Positions 18,859 to 28,210 of a DNA stretch of 55,397 nt are shown piece by piece (the first letter of the stretch is position 1; every line of letters begins with the position of its first letter). The stretch is taken from assembly GCA_938074745.1 (NCBI GenBank), contig CALJEJ010000025.1:1-55397 (forward strand). Reading direction: 5' to 3'. Source of the stretch: an uncultured Endomicrobiia bacterium. GTDB taxonomy: Bacteria; Elusimicrobiota; Endomicrobiia; DTEH01. The notes under the pieces were generated by a model, which was not told where the DNA came from, did no database searches, and saw nothing but the letters and a program-made list of their open reading frames with translations. A program made the translations under genes and the position numbers.

Positions 18859-19509
18859 TTAATGTACCGTTACAGTAGAAACTGAAATTTCGTTTGTCTC
18901 AATTAAAGTTTGAACTACACTTTTTTTTGTTCGTAGAGGTATTATAGGTGGACTGGTCTTTTCTTTTATATACTCTTTAATTTGTTGATTTGTCAATACT
19001 GCTCTTATAGAACTTGTTATTGCTCGTGAAGTTATCGTTGCACCTGTAATACCGTCAATTTCGCCAGAAGATAAGTCTTTTTTTAAAAATATTTTTTCTG
19101 CAGGTTTTCCTTTAAACTGGGACAAAAATTTTTCTGAAGAAACTTTTGCTCCAAGACCGGGAGTTTCCCTATGGGAAAGAATTTTTATGTTTATTATTCG
19201 TGGTTCTATTTCAGCAGTCAAACCAACAAGATATTCAATATCACCACCATAACCACGACATTTCTCTTTTATTAATAAACCCATAAACTCATCTTTTTCG
19301 TTATCCCCGCGATAAACCTCTGAAAATGCAGTTATTTCTTTTACAGGTAAAAAATTTTTAGCGTTCATAATTTCCTGTTTAATTTTTAATTCTCGTTCTT
19401 GTTTGTTTTTTAATATTCTGGGTTTTGTAGTAGTATATATAAATGATAAACTTATCCCAGAAATACAACATACCACTGCTAATATTATTACCAATTTGTT
19501 TATCTTCAT
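18859..19509 (-). CDS. rnfG: Rnf complex subunit G
   Basis: GYGGDI, HRETPGLG, FMN-attachment motif DGITGATITS. Confidence 0.94.
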   Translation of the reverse strand: MKINKLVIILAVVCCISGISLSFIYTTTKPRILKNKQERELKIKQEIMNAKNFLPVKEITAFSEVYRGDNEKDEFMGLLIKEKCRGYGGDIEYLVGLTAEIEPRIINIKILSHRETPGLGAKVSSEKFLSQFKGKPAEKIFLKKDLSSGEIDGITGATITSRAITSSIRAVLTNQQIKEYIKEKTSPPIIPLRTKKSVVQTLIETNEISVSTVTVH

Positions 19510-20450
19510 TTTTTCGCCATACCAAATTTTTTTACTATAGTATAATTATCAATTAAAGGTGTCAATAAATTCATTAACAAAATTGAAAAACAAGCACCTT
19601 CAGGATAACTGCCATAAAATCGTATCAAACATGTTAATATACCACAACCTATTGCAAAAATTACTTTTCCTTTTGACGAGACAGGTGTAGTAACAGGATC
19701 GGTTATCATAAACATTGCAGCTAAAAATATTCCTCCTGAAAACAAATATATTGCTATATTTTCTTTTGCTATAATAAAAGTAATTATACTTATTGTTAGA
19801 AGATATGCTATGGACATTAACGCAAAAACATGTTTCTTTATAACAAGGTAGATAAAACCTAAAGTTAACAATATTACAGAAGTTTCACCTAACGATGACG
19901 GATAATTGCCTATTAACAAAGTTGTTATCTCGGGAATTTTAGCAATTTGTTCTGGGAAATGTTTTAATATAGTCAACGGTGTAGCAGTAGTGATACTATC
20001 AGGAAACTGTGGTAGGACAACAAAATTTCCCATCTGTTGAGGGAATGCTATATGAACAAACGCTCTACCTACAAGTGCTGGGTTAAACGGGTTAAACCCT
20101 ATACCGCCAAAAACTTGTTTGCCAAACACTATCGCTACAAACGAACCTATCACTACAATCCATAAAGGTATTCTCGGAGGTAATGTATAGGCAAATAGTA
20201 TCCCTGTAATAACACAACTTAAGTCAGTAATAGAAAGATGTTGTTTACGTAACAAATTTGTTACCAATTCTGATAACATCGCAACAACAACTGAAACTAA
20301 TATTATCCCTGCAGCATACCAACCAAAAAATATCACAGAACCAATACCTGCAGGAAGTAATGCTATTATTGTATCTAACATCATTGTTCTAACAGAATGG
20401 TTTGCTTTAATATGTGGTGCAGGTGAAATTACAAACTTTTGTTGTTGCAT
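19506..20450 (-). CDS. rnfD: Rnf complex subunit D
   Basis: SPAPH, KQVFGGIGFNPFNPAL, TTATPL, FMITDPVT. Confidence 0.95.
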   Translation of the reverse strand: MQQQKFVISPAPHIKANHSVRTMMLDTIIALLPAGIGSVIFFGWYAAGIILVSVVVAMLSELVTNLLRKQHLSITDLSCVITGILFAYTLPPRIPLWIVVIGSFVAIVFGKQVFGGIGFNPFNPALVGRAFVHIAFPQQMGNFVVLPQFPDSITTATPLTILKHFPEQIAKIPEITTLLIGNYPSSLGETSVILLTLGFIYLVIKKHVFALMSIAYLLTISIITFIIAKENIAIYLFSGGIFLAAMFMITDPVTTPVSSKGKVIFAIGCGILTCLIRFYGSYPEGACFSILLMNLLTPLIDNYTIVKKFGMAKK

Positions 20451-20456
20451 AAATTT

Positions 20457-21755
20457 TTAACTTCTTAATTTTGTTTTAGCATATTTTATTTGTGCAGTGA
20501 TTGGACGTTTAGAAACACAAATATATGAACATACACCACATTCTATACAATCATATAAAGAAAACATTTTTACTTTATCCCAAAGTTTGTGTTCAATATA
20601 TAAACTTAAAAAGTTTGGCATAAGTTTCATAGGACAACATCTTACACATTTACCACAACGGATACAAGGATAATACTTTCCATCATCTACTTTAGAATTA
20701 CTTTTTATAAACAAAATCCCTGTAGTACCTTTTATTACAGGAATATCTAAAGAATTTACAGCAACACCCATCATAGGTCCACCCAAAATTACTTTATCTA
20801 TTGCTGAAATGTCAATATTTAACATTTTCACAATATCGCTTATCAATGTTCCTATAGGGACTAAAAAATTTCCAGACCGTGTAATATCTCCAGAAATAGT
20901 AACTACTCGTTCATACAACGGTATTCCTTTAACAATTGCGTTATGTATAGCATACAATGTACCCACGTTATGAACCACAACACCAACATCCATTGGTAAC
21001 CCGCCTGAAGGGACTTCACGGTTCAACACTGTTTTAATTAACTGTTTTTCTGCTCCTTGGGGATATTTGGTTTTTACTTTTATTATTTCCACATTTGGTA
21101 CACGGGAAACCACTTCTTTAAGTTTATTATACGCTTCAGGTTTGTTATCTTCTACTACAACAATACCTTTTATTGCATCAAGAATATACATTACAATTTT
21201 TAACCCGCTGACAATTTCAGCAGGATATTCTTGCATTAACCTTTCGTCACAGGTTAAATAAGGTTCACATTCACAACCGTTCGCTATAACATAATCTATT
21301 ATTTTATCTTTAGGTGGAGAAAGTTTTACTGCTGTGGGAAACATCGCTCCTCCTAAACCTACAATACCGTTCTCACGAATAAAACTTACCAGTTCTGAAC
21401 GGTCAAACCTAAAATATTCTTTATATTTTGTGTTGCAATGAATACTTCTGTTTAATTTGTCAGATTCTATTATTACCGAAGGAAGTTTTGTTCCTGTAAC
21501 AGGATGAACAAAATCTTTTATTTCCTTAACTCGGCCTGAAATAGAAGAATGTACAGCAGCAGAAATTAACCCGTCAGGTTCGCTAATTTTTTGTCCTTTA
21601 AGAACTGTATCGCCAACTTTTACTATAGGTCTTGAAATTTTCCCTGTATGCTGGGATAAATGTAACACCACTAGCGGTGGAACTGGAATAGGTTCTATAC
21701 GATAATTTCGTGTAATTTTGTTCTCTTTAGGATGGACACCACCGTAAAATTTCAT
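20457..21755 (-). CDS. rnfC: Rnf complex subunit C
   Basis: GIVGLGGAMFPT, NGCECEPYLT, KYPQGAEKQL, GGPMMG, two 4Fe-4S motifs. Confidence 0.96.
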   Translation of the reverse strand: MKFYGGVHPKENKITRNYRIEPIPVPPLVVLHLSQHTGKISRPIVKVGDTVLKGQKISEPDGLISAAVHSSISGRVKEIKDFVHPVTGTKLPSVIIESDKLNRSIHCNTKYKEYFRFDRSELVSFIRENGIVGLGGAMFPTAVKLSPPKDKIIDYVIANGCECEPYLTCDERLMQEYPAEIVSGLKIVMYILDAIKGIVVVEDNKPEAYNKLKEVVSRVPNVEIIKVKTKYPQGAEKQLIKTVLNREVPSGGLPMDVGVVVHNVGTLYAIHNAIVKGIPLYERVVTISGDITRSGNFLVPIGTLISDIVKMLNIDISAIDKVILGGPMMGVAVNSLDIPVIKGTTGILFIKSNSKVDDGKYYPCIRCGKCVRCCPMKLMPNFLSLYIEHKLWDKVKMFSLYDCIECGVCSYICVSKRPITAQIKYAKTKLRS

Positions 21756-21777
21756 TTTTGTCGTTCAACTATTTTTC

Positions 21778-22668
21778 TTATGTTTCTATTAAATTATATT
21801 TTTTAATATTGTTTTCAACTATTTGTTTAAGTTGTTCTATAACCTGTTTCCCTGTTTCTGAAGAGAATAAATGTTGGAACCGTCCTTGTAATTTTAAATA
21901 TTCTTCTATTGGTTTTAATTCTTTTATTTTTCTTACATTAATTAATACACCGTTCTCGTATTCTACTATAGGCCAAAAACCTGTCTCAACTGCCATTTTC
22001 GCTACTTCTATTGACAACGAAGGGTCATAACGCCATCCTAACGGACACGGAGCAAAGATATGTAAAAACTTTGCTCCTTTAAGTTTATTCGCTTTTTTAA
22101 CTTTGTTTTGTAAATCTATCGGTAAATGAATTGACGCTGTTGCTACATAAACACAATTATGTGCCAACGCTATATCTACAATATTTTTTTTGTGTGTAAT
22201 GTTACCATAACTTCTTGTTCCAGATGGAGAAGTTGTTGTCTCACTACCTAAAGGAGTAAGTCCACTACGTTGCACTCCAGTATTCATATATGCTTCATTA
22301 TCATAACATATAGTAAGCACATCGTGTCCTCGTTCCCATAAACCAGAAAACGCTTGAAACCCTATATCTGCAAACCCGCCATCACCTGCTTGTGCTATAA
22401 CATTTACAGAATCTTTTTTCCTTAAATATTTTAATGCTGATTCTATCCCTGAAGCAACAGCTGCTGCGTTTTCAAACAATGAGTGGATAAACGGAACTTT
22501 CCACGAACTATATGGATATCCAGTAGAAAATACTTCTAAACAACCTGTGTTGGTCACCACAATTGTGTTTCTCCCTGAAGCGTCTATTACTAACCTTGCG
22601 GCAAGTGATTGGCCACAACCTGCACATGCTGTATGTCCTGCAGTAAATAAAATTTTTTCATCAACCAT
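21778..22668 (-). CDS. porB: Pyruvate/2-oxoacid:ferredoxin oxidoreductase beta subunit
   Basis: GHTACAGCG, TGCLEV, GDGG, DNEAYMNTG. Confidence 0.93.
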   Translation of the reverse strand: MVDEKILFTAGHTACAGCGQSLAARLVIDASGRNTIVVTNTGCLEVFSTGYPYSSWKVPFIHSLFENAAAVASGIESALKYLRKKDSVNVIAQAGDGGFADIGFQAFSGLWERGHDVLTICYDNEAYMNTGVQRSGLTPLGSETTTSPSGTRSYGNITHKKNIVDIALAHNCVYVATASIHLPIDLQNKVKKANKLKGAKFLHIFAPCPLGWRYDPSLSIEVAKMAVETGFWPIVEYENGVLINVRKIKELKPIEEYLKLQGRFQHLFSSETGKQVIEQLKQIVENNIKKYNLIET

Positions 22669-22695
22669 ATTTATTCCTCCATTATCTGTGTGAGT

Positions 22696-23883
22696 TTATA
22701 TAACACTACCTAAATTTTCTTGTTTTACATTAATAAATTTTGCAGTTGGCGATTGTGTTTTACTTTCTTCATAAATAGAAACAATTTCTTCTTTAGTAAC
22801 ATCGCGTCCACCAAGACCACAAATATAACCACTTATTAAAGGTTTGTTTTTGTTGTTGTGGGTAGTATACAACAAAGAAGATATCTCGGTAAACAACGGA
22901 CCATTACTACCTAATGAAATCGCTTTCTCTATCACAATAATTTTTTTCGTAGAAGCTACCAGTTTGACTAAAGTTTCGTTAGGGAAAGGACGGTAAGAAA
23001 TTATTCTTACCACACCAACTTTTTCGCCTTTATCTCTTAACTCGTCCACTACTTCTTTAATAACCCCACAAATAGAACCCATAGCAACAAACACTGTTTC
23101 TGCATCGTCAAGTTTATACGATTCTACTAACCCGTAAGATTCCCTGCCAAACAGGTCTGTGAACTCTTTAGCAACTTGAGAAATTATTTTTATAACTTCA
23201 TTATTCATTGTTTGCTGAATAGCATACCGTGTCTCAAGATAATATTCAGGACCTGACAAAGGTCCTAAAGTAACTGGATTATCAACGTCAAGTTTATATG
23301 CAGGATTGTAAGGGGGTAAAAATTTATCCACGGTTTCTTGTAAAGGCAACTCTACAGGTTCATATCCGTGACTTAAAATATATCCATCTATATTAACTAT
23401 CACAGGCAACATAACTTCTTTATGTTCTGCAATTTTGAACGCTTGGATATGTAAATCACATGCTTCTTGAATTGTTTCTGCAAATAAAAGGATTATCCCA
23501 GCGTCACGAACTGTCATAATATCCTGTTGGTCATTCCAAATATTTAATGGAGCAGAAACTGCCCTGTTGACACAACACATCACTACAGGTAGTCTCATAC
23601 CTGCTATGTTAAATAATACTTCTGCCATTAACAATAATCCTTGTGAAGAAGTTGAAGAATATGCTCTTACACCTGTAGCTACAGCGCCAAGAACACAACT
23701 TGCTGCTGAATGTTCAGATTCTACATTAACAAATTCTGCGTTAAGTTCACCATTAGCAATTAATGAAGAAAGTTCTTCTACAATATGTGTTTGTGGAGTA
23801 ATCGGGTAAGCAGAAATTACTCCTGGCCGACATAACGCTACTGTTCTTGCAATTGCAACTGCACCTTCTAAAAATTGTTTCAT
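22696..23883 (-). CDS. porA: Pyruvate/2-oxoacid:ferredoxin oxidoreductase alpha subunit
   Basis: AYPITPQT, VESEHSA, SSQGL, GLGGRD. Confidence 0.93.
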   Translation of the reverse strand: MKQFLEGAVAIARTVALCRPGVISAYPITPQTHIVEELSSLIANGELNAEFVNVESEHSAASCVLGAVATGVRAYSSTSSQGLLLMAEVLFNIAGMRLPVVMCCVNRAVSAPLNIWNDQQDIMTVRDAGIILLFAETIQEACDLHIQAFKIAEHKEVMLPVIVNIDGYILSHGYEPVELPLQETVDKFLPPYNPAYKLDVDNPVTLGPLSGPEYYLETRYAIQQTMNNEVIKIISQVAKEFTDLFGRESYGLVESYKLDDAETVFVAMGSICGVIKEVVDELRDKGEKVGVVRIISYRPFPNETLVKLVASTKKIIVIEKAISLGSNGPLFTEISSLLYTTHNNKNKPLISGYICGLGGRDVTKEEIVSIYEESKTQSPTAKFINVKQENLGSVI

Positions 23884-23907
23884 ATATTCTATCCTCCATA
23901 AACCTGA

Positions 23908-24156
23908 TTATTCTTTTTCCATTACAATATCTTCTACTGGACAGACTACACTACAAATGCCACAACCTTTACAATAATCAAGGTCTACATCATAAAATTT
24001 CTTACTTCCAGAAATACATCCTTCAGGACATAATAAATAACACATTCTACATCCAGTACATTTGTTATGCAAAAACTTAGGTTTTTTTCCACTACGCCAC
24101 GAACCTGTTTTGTTATCCAACGAAGTTGCTGGTTTTATTATTAACTTAGCAAACAT
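23908..24156 (-). CDS. porD: Oxidoreductase delta subunit (2x4Fe-4S)
   Basis: KTGSWR...P, CTGCRMC...CP, YCKGCGIC...CP. Confidence 0.93.
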   Translation of the reverse strand: MFAKLIIKPATSLDNKTGSWRSGKKPKFLHNKCTGCRMCYLLCPEGCISGSKKFYDVDLDYCKGCGICSVVCPVEDIVMEKE

Positions 24157-24167
24157 AAGTTTTCTCC

Positions 24168-24707
24168 TTATTGTTTTTTAATAAATTTATACCCTGCTTC
24201 GGATAATTTTATATTCAATTCCGCTGCTTTCCCTTTAAATCGTTCTTTTATTGATTCATACAAAATTTCTATTGGAACAATACCTGTAACTGCACAAAAC
24301 GCACCTAACAACACAGTATTAGCGAACGGCCGACCAGTAATCTCTACTGAAATATCATTAGCAGGTACAGAAATGATTTGTTTTGTGTCAGTTAAAGGAA
24401 AATTTCGTAAAGAATTTATTATTGCTATCCCTTGCGGTTTTAATGTTTCAGCAGGATTTTTAAAACTAAACAAGGTTTCGTCTACTATAATAGAATAGTC
24501 GGCAATTTTTATTTGGTTTCTTAACCGTATTGGTTTATCGTCGTAACGTAAGAAAGCGTTCATAGGCGCACCCATACGTGCTGCACCAAAATGTGGAAAC
24601 GCGTATGCATATTTGCCTGATTTTACTATTGCTGAACCTAATATCTGTGCAGTAGTAATAGCACCTTGTCCTGCACGGGCAAAAATTATAATTTCTTTCA
24701 TAACCAA
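24168..24707 (-). CDS. porC: Oxidoreductase gamma subunit
   Basis: RAGQGAIT, FPHFGAARMGAP, NTVLLGA. Confidence 0.92.
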   Translation of the reverse strand: MVMKEIIIFARAGQGAITTAQILGSAIVKSGKYAYAFPHFGAARMGAPMNAFLRYDDKPIRLRNQIKIADYSIIVDETLFSFKNPAETLKPQGIAIINSLRNFPLTDTKQIISVPANDISVEITGRPFANTVLLGAFCAVTGIVPIEILYESIKERFKGKAAELNIKLSEAGYKFIKKQ

Positions 24708-24739
24708 CTCCTATTTTTCGTATAATAAACTTACGTTTT

Positions 24740-24928
24740 TTATTCTTCTATTTTTATCGCTTCCGTAGGACAATTTTGTGCTGCTTCTTTAACTTTATCT
24801 TCTAAATCTGTAGGGACAATATCTACTTTTACCACAGCAAAATCTTCCTTAATTTCAAACACTTCAGGACAAGTATCTGCACATAGACCACAAGCTGTAC
24901 ACAAATCTTTATCCACTTTAACTTTCAT
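24740..24928 (-). CDS. Monocluster ferredoxin (62 aa)
   Basis: CTACGLC...CP...CPTEAI; SD GGAGG before MKVKVD. Confidence 0.93.
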   Translation of the reverse strand: MKVKVDKDLCTACGLCADTCPEVFEIKEDFAVVKVDIVPTDLEDKVKEAAQNCPTEAIKIEE

Positions 24929-25148
24929 TTGTTCTACCCTCCTTTTGTTAATTTGTGTAAATAAGTGTAGATTCACAAAATCAAGACTATTGTAGCACAC
25001 TAAAGAGTATCATTAAACTAATATCCACCAACATACCGTTAATTTACTGCTGGATTATATAGAAAAGTTAAAAAAAAACTATATTTTATAACCTATTTTT
25101 TTAAAAAAACAAAAATTTTTGTTATTGTATAAAACTAAAAAATTTTTT

Positions 25149-26342
25149 TCAATAGATGAAATTCAAATTTTTTACCCCTAAACAAGACAGGTATTCTGAT
25201 AATATTACCGGAATAATTTTTTCAGGCAAATGTTCAGATATATCAAACTGTAAATTTTTCAATTGTTCTTTCTTTATATAAATATCTTTTATTTTTTCTA
25301 CAAGATGTGCTACTGTTTGGTTTCTATCTTGTGATAATGCTACTATATAACACCCTTTTTTACTATTTAAAATTTCCTTTACTCCGGCTACTTCTGTAAC
25401 TATTACTGGCTTATTAAACCACAACGCTTCAAGAACCACGTTAGGAGAACCTTCCCAGTAAGAAGTTAATAAAAACAAATCGCAACTGTTTATGTAATCA
25501 TATACATTTTCACGATAACCAATAAATCTAACATATTGGTTTAGTTTATATAAACTCACTGTATTTAATAAATTTGTATATTCTTCGCCATCGCCTACAA
25601 CAACAAACAAAATTTTCTTTTCTACAACTTTTTGTTTAACTAATCTGTGAACAACTTCTAATAATAAATCATACCCTTTTTGTTTATGTAATCTCCCTAC
25701 AGAAAGAATTAAAAAAACATTCTCGTCAATACCTAACTCTTGCCGTATCTCTGATTTTGATTTTAATATATTCATCTCTTGTGGAAATATCATATTTTTT
25801 ATAACTATAATTTTTTTAGGGTCAACTTGTTGTGTATTGATAACAAACATTTTTAATTCATTTGAATTCACAATTATTTTATCTACTAAAAAATTTGTGT
25901 ACCGAGATAATATTAAATGCCACTTTTTTTGTTGTTCTGTTACACGTTCTGAACTAAAAATTTTACAATTATAAAATGGAAAGAAAAATTTTATCATCCG
26001 AGATAAAAAGTTTGCTTGAAATAAAAAACTATGTATAATCTGTGGCCTAAACCAAAATATATAACATGCAAAAATTAAAAAGTATAAAGGTATACACAAA
26101 ACTGTGGCTGGATAAATTTTTTGTGGCATGCCTAAACTATAAACTGGAATACCTGCAGACAAAAATTTATGTTTCATTCTACCAAACTTCTTCAATGAAA
26201 CCACTACAGGTAAAATTTTGAAATTGTTAAGTTTTAGTTGAGTTATACTTTTCAACAAATAAAAAAGTTGTTTTTGTGTTCCCCCATAGTCTAGTGAAGT
26301 AATTACATACATCAACTTTATAGTTATATAATGTGATTTCAT
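25149..26342 (-). CDS. GT4 glycosyltransferase
   Basis: GGTQKQL, VGRLHKQKG, SYWEGSPNVVLEA. Confidence 0.9.
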   Translation of the reverse strand: MKSHYITIKLMYVITSLDYGGTQKQLFYLLKSITQLKLNNFKILPVVVSLKKFGRMKHKFLSAGIPVYSLGMPQKIYPATVLCIPLYFLIFACYIFWFRPQIIHSFLFQANFLSRMIKFFFPFYNCKIFSSERVTEQQKKWHLILSRYTNFLVDKIIVNSNELKMFVINTQQVDPKKIIVIKNMIFPQEMNILKSKSEIRQELGIDENVFLILSVGRLHKQKGYDLLLEVVHRLVKQKVVEKKILFVVVGDGEEYTNLLNTVSLYKLNQYVRFIGYRENVYDYINSCDLFLLTSYWEGSPNVVLEALWFNKPVIVTEVAGVKEILNSKKGCYIVALSQDRNQTVAHLVEKIKDIYIKKEQLKNLQFDISEHLPEKIIPVILSEYLSCLGVKNLNFIY

Positions 26343-27073
26343 TGTTTGAAAAACAATTTAGATTTTATAATTCCTGCCTTTGTTAAAAAATATTTTATTA
26401 TAGTAACGAATGTACCTATCCCGTATTTAATGCTCTGATAAAAGTTTATACTAGAAGAATATTTGAAATACTTAGACACTACAGGTACATCACCTATTCT
26501 AAAACCATAAAATACACATTGTATCAACATCTGTTGGTCAAAAACAAAATCGTTAGAATTATTTTCCCACGGGATTGTTTCTAAAACTTTTCTTGAGTAT
26601 GCACGAAGACCTGAATGCCATTCGGCAAGGTTCTGGCCAAAAATTATGTTCTCAAACATACTGGAAATACGGTTTAACAAATATTTCCATAATGGCATAC
26701 CATTAAACAACGCTTCTTTTCTTGTTCTTATTCTGTTTCCCAATACAACGTCACAAATATTTTCTTTTATAAAACCTATCATATACGGTATTATCCTCGG
26801 ATCATATTGATAATCTGGATGTAACATAATAACAATATCAGCTTGGTATTCTAACGCTTTCGCATACAAAGTTTTTTGGTTTGCACCATAACCTAAATTT
26901 TTTGTATGTTGAAGAACTTCTATACCTAACTTTTTTGCTTCATCTACTGTTTTGTCAGTAGACCCGTCGTCACATAAAATCAATTTATCATAACAATTTT
27001 TTGGTATTGATAAAACTGTATCCTTGATAGTTTTTTCTGCGTTATACGCTGGAAGGACTATTATAACTTTCAT
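26339..27073 (-). CDS. GT2 glycosyltransferase (DPM-synthase-like)
   Basis: VLPAYN, DDGSTD, NLGYGANQK, HPDYQYDP. Confidence 0.9.
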   Translation of the reverse strand: MKVIIVLPAYNAEKTIKDTVLSIPKNCYDKLILCDDGSTDKTVDEAKKLGIEVLQHTKNLGYGANQKTLYAKALEYQADIVIMLHPDYQYDPRIIPYMIGFIKENICDVVLGNRIRTRKEALFNGMPLWKYLLNRISSMFENIIFGQNLAEWHSGLRAYSRKVLETIPWENNSNDFVFDQQMLIQCVFYGFRIGDVPVVSKYFKYSSSINFYQSIKYGIGTFVTIIKYFLTKAGIIKSKLFFKQ

Positions 27074-27172
27074 AATTTAGAAATGACTACTCAAAAAATA
27101 CTGAAGAGACTTAGACATTTTTTAATACAGGAGAGCAACAGTTTCTATGAATATTAAGTAATTAAAAATTTT

Positions 27173-27245
27173 TGGGCGCGGAGGGATTCGAACCCCCGAC
27201 CAACGGATTATGAGTCCGCCGCTCTGCCTGCTGAGCTACGCGCCC
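27173..27245 (-). tRNA. tRNA with CAU anticodon, probably Ile2 (lysidine) rather than Met; CCA not encoded
   Basis: GGGCGCG acceptor stem, GCGGA-CTCATAA-TCCGT anticodon arm, GTTCGAATC T-loop. The GGGC start is Ile-like; there is no C1 mismatch or GGG/CCC anticodon stem of an initiator. Confidence 0.9.
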
Positions 27246-27250
27246 AAGGT

Positions 27251-28180
27251 TTAACCTATAACTAATGCATTGTTGTTCGTCTGTTCACTTTGTTGTTTGG
27301 CTATTTTACATAATTCTTTCACATAATCCAACACTTCTGCATAATGACGGAACTTCCCAGGGGTAACGTCTGTTATACCTATTAATACTTTCATTAAAGT
27401 AGACGTAGCAGTTTCTCCTGTTTTTGTTTTATATTCAAAACTACCTTTAACGATTGTTTCTTCATCGTAAAACTTTTTTATCTGTTCATTAAACAATGTC
27501 ATTATACTCTTTCCTATATCTTCTGCTTTGTCTTCAGTAGACAACACAACAAAATGGTCAGCATAAATATTATAAATAGTATCAGTAGGATTACCATAAT
27601 TTGTTACTATAGATCTTAACATTCCAGTGAAAAGTTTTAACACATTGTCGCCTGAAGAATACCCATATTTATAGTTATACGCAGCAAAATTGCTTAAGTT
27701 AAGATAAATTATACAAAATTGTTGGTTAGTATCCAGTTTCGTTTTTATATCAAATTCAAGATGGTTATTTCCGGGTAATTTTGTTATAGAAGAACCTATG
27801 TTTTCATAATACCGATAGACCAAATTTTCCGCACGTGTAAGAAGTTCGTACGGGTCAACAGGTTTCACAAGATACTCGTCTGCACCAAGTTTTAACCCAG
27901 TAAGTTTGTCTTTAGTTTGTGACAACGAAGTAAGCATTATCACCGGAATAAGACAAGTTGAAGGTTGTGTCCTCAGTTCTTCAATAACTTCAAATCCGTT
28001 TTTTTTAGGCATAATAATATCAAGTATAACAATTTCTGGTAATATCTCAGTAACTTTCTTTATTGCTTCTTCACCGTCAAACGCTTGGTAAACTTCATAC
28101 TTATGTTTTTCAAAAGTAAACTTTAACAAATCTTGCAGTTCTAAATCGTCGTCTACTATTAAGACTTTAGGCATAGACAT
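27251..28180 (-). CDS. Response regulator with degenerate GGDEF-like domain
   Basis: VLIVDDD, ILDIIMP, GADEYLVKP; then TKLPGN, YNYKYGYSSGD, and YADHF in place of GGDDF. Confidence 0.85.
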   Translation of the reverse strand: MSMPKVLIVDDDLELQDLLKFTFEKHKYEVYQAFDGEEAIKKVTEILPEIVILDIIMPKKNGFEVIEELRTQPSTCLIPVIMLTSLSQTKDKLTGLKLGADEYLVKPVDPYELLTRAENLVYRYYENIGSSITKLPGNNHLEFDIKTKLDTNQQFCIIYLNLSNFAAYNYKYGYSSGDNVLKLFTGMLRSIVTNYGNPTDTIYNIYADHFVVLSTEDKAEDIGKSIMTLFNEQIKKFYDEETIVKGSFEYKTKTGETATSTLMKVLIGITDVTPGKFRHYAEVLDYVKELCKIAKQQSEQTNNNALVIG

Positions 28181-28210
28181 ATCATCGTTTTTACAGGCAT
28201 AATTACACAA

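Noticed and set aside
24952-24979. Rex box upstream of ferredoxin-por (TTGTGTAA...TTCACAA)
   Set aside because: The half-sites are not at the 18-bp Rex spacing; too weak to call.
27173-27245. Initiator tRNA-fMet
   Set aside because: G1-C72 is paired and the anticodon stem lacks three consecutive G-C pairs next to the loop.
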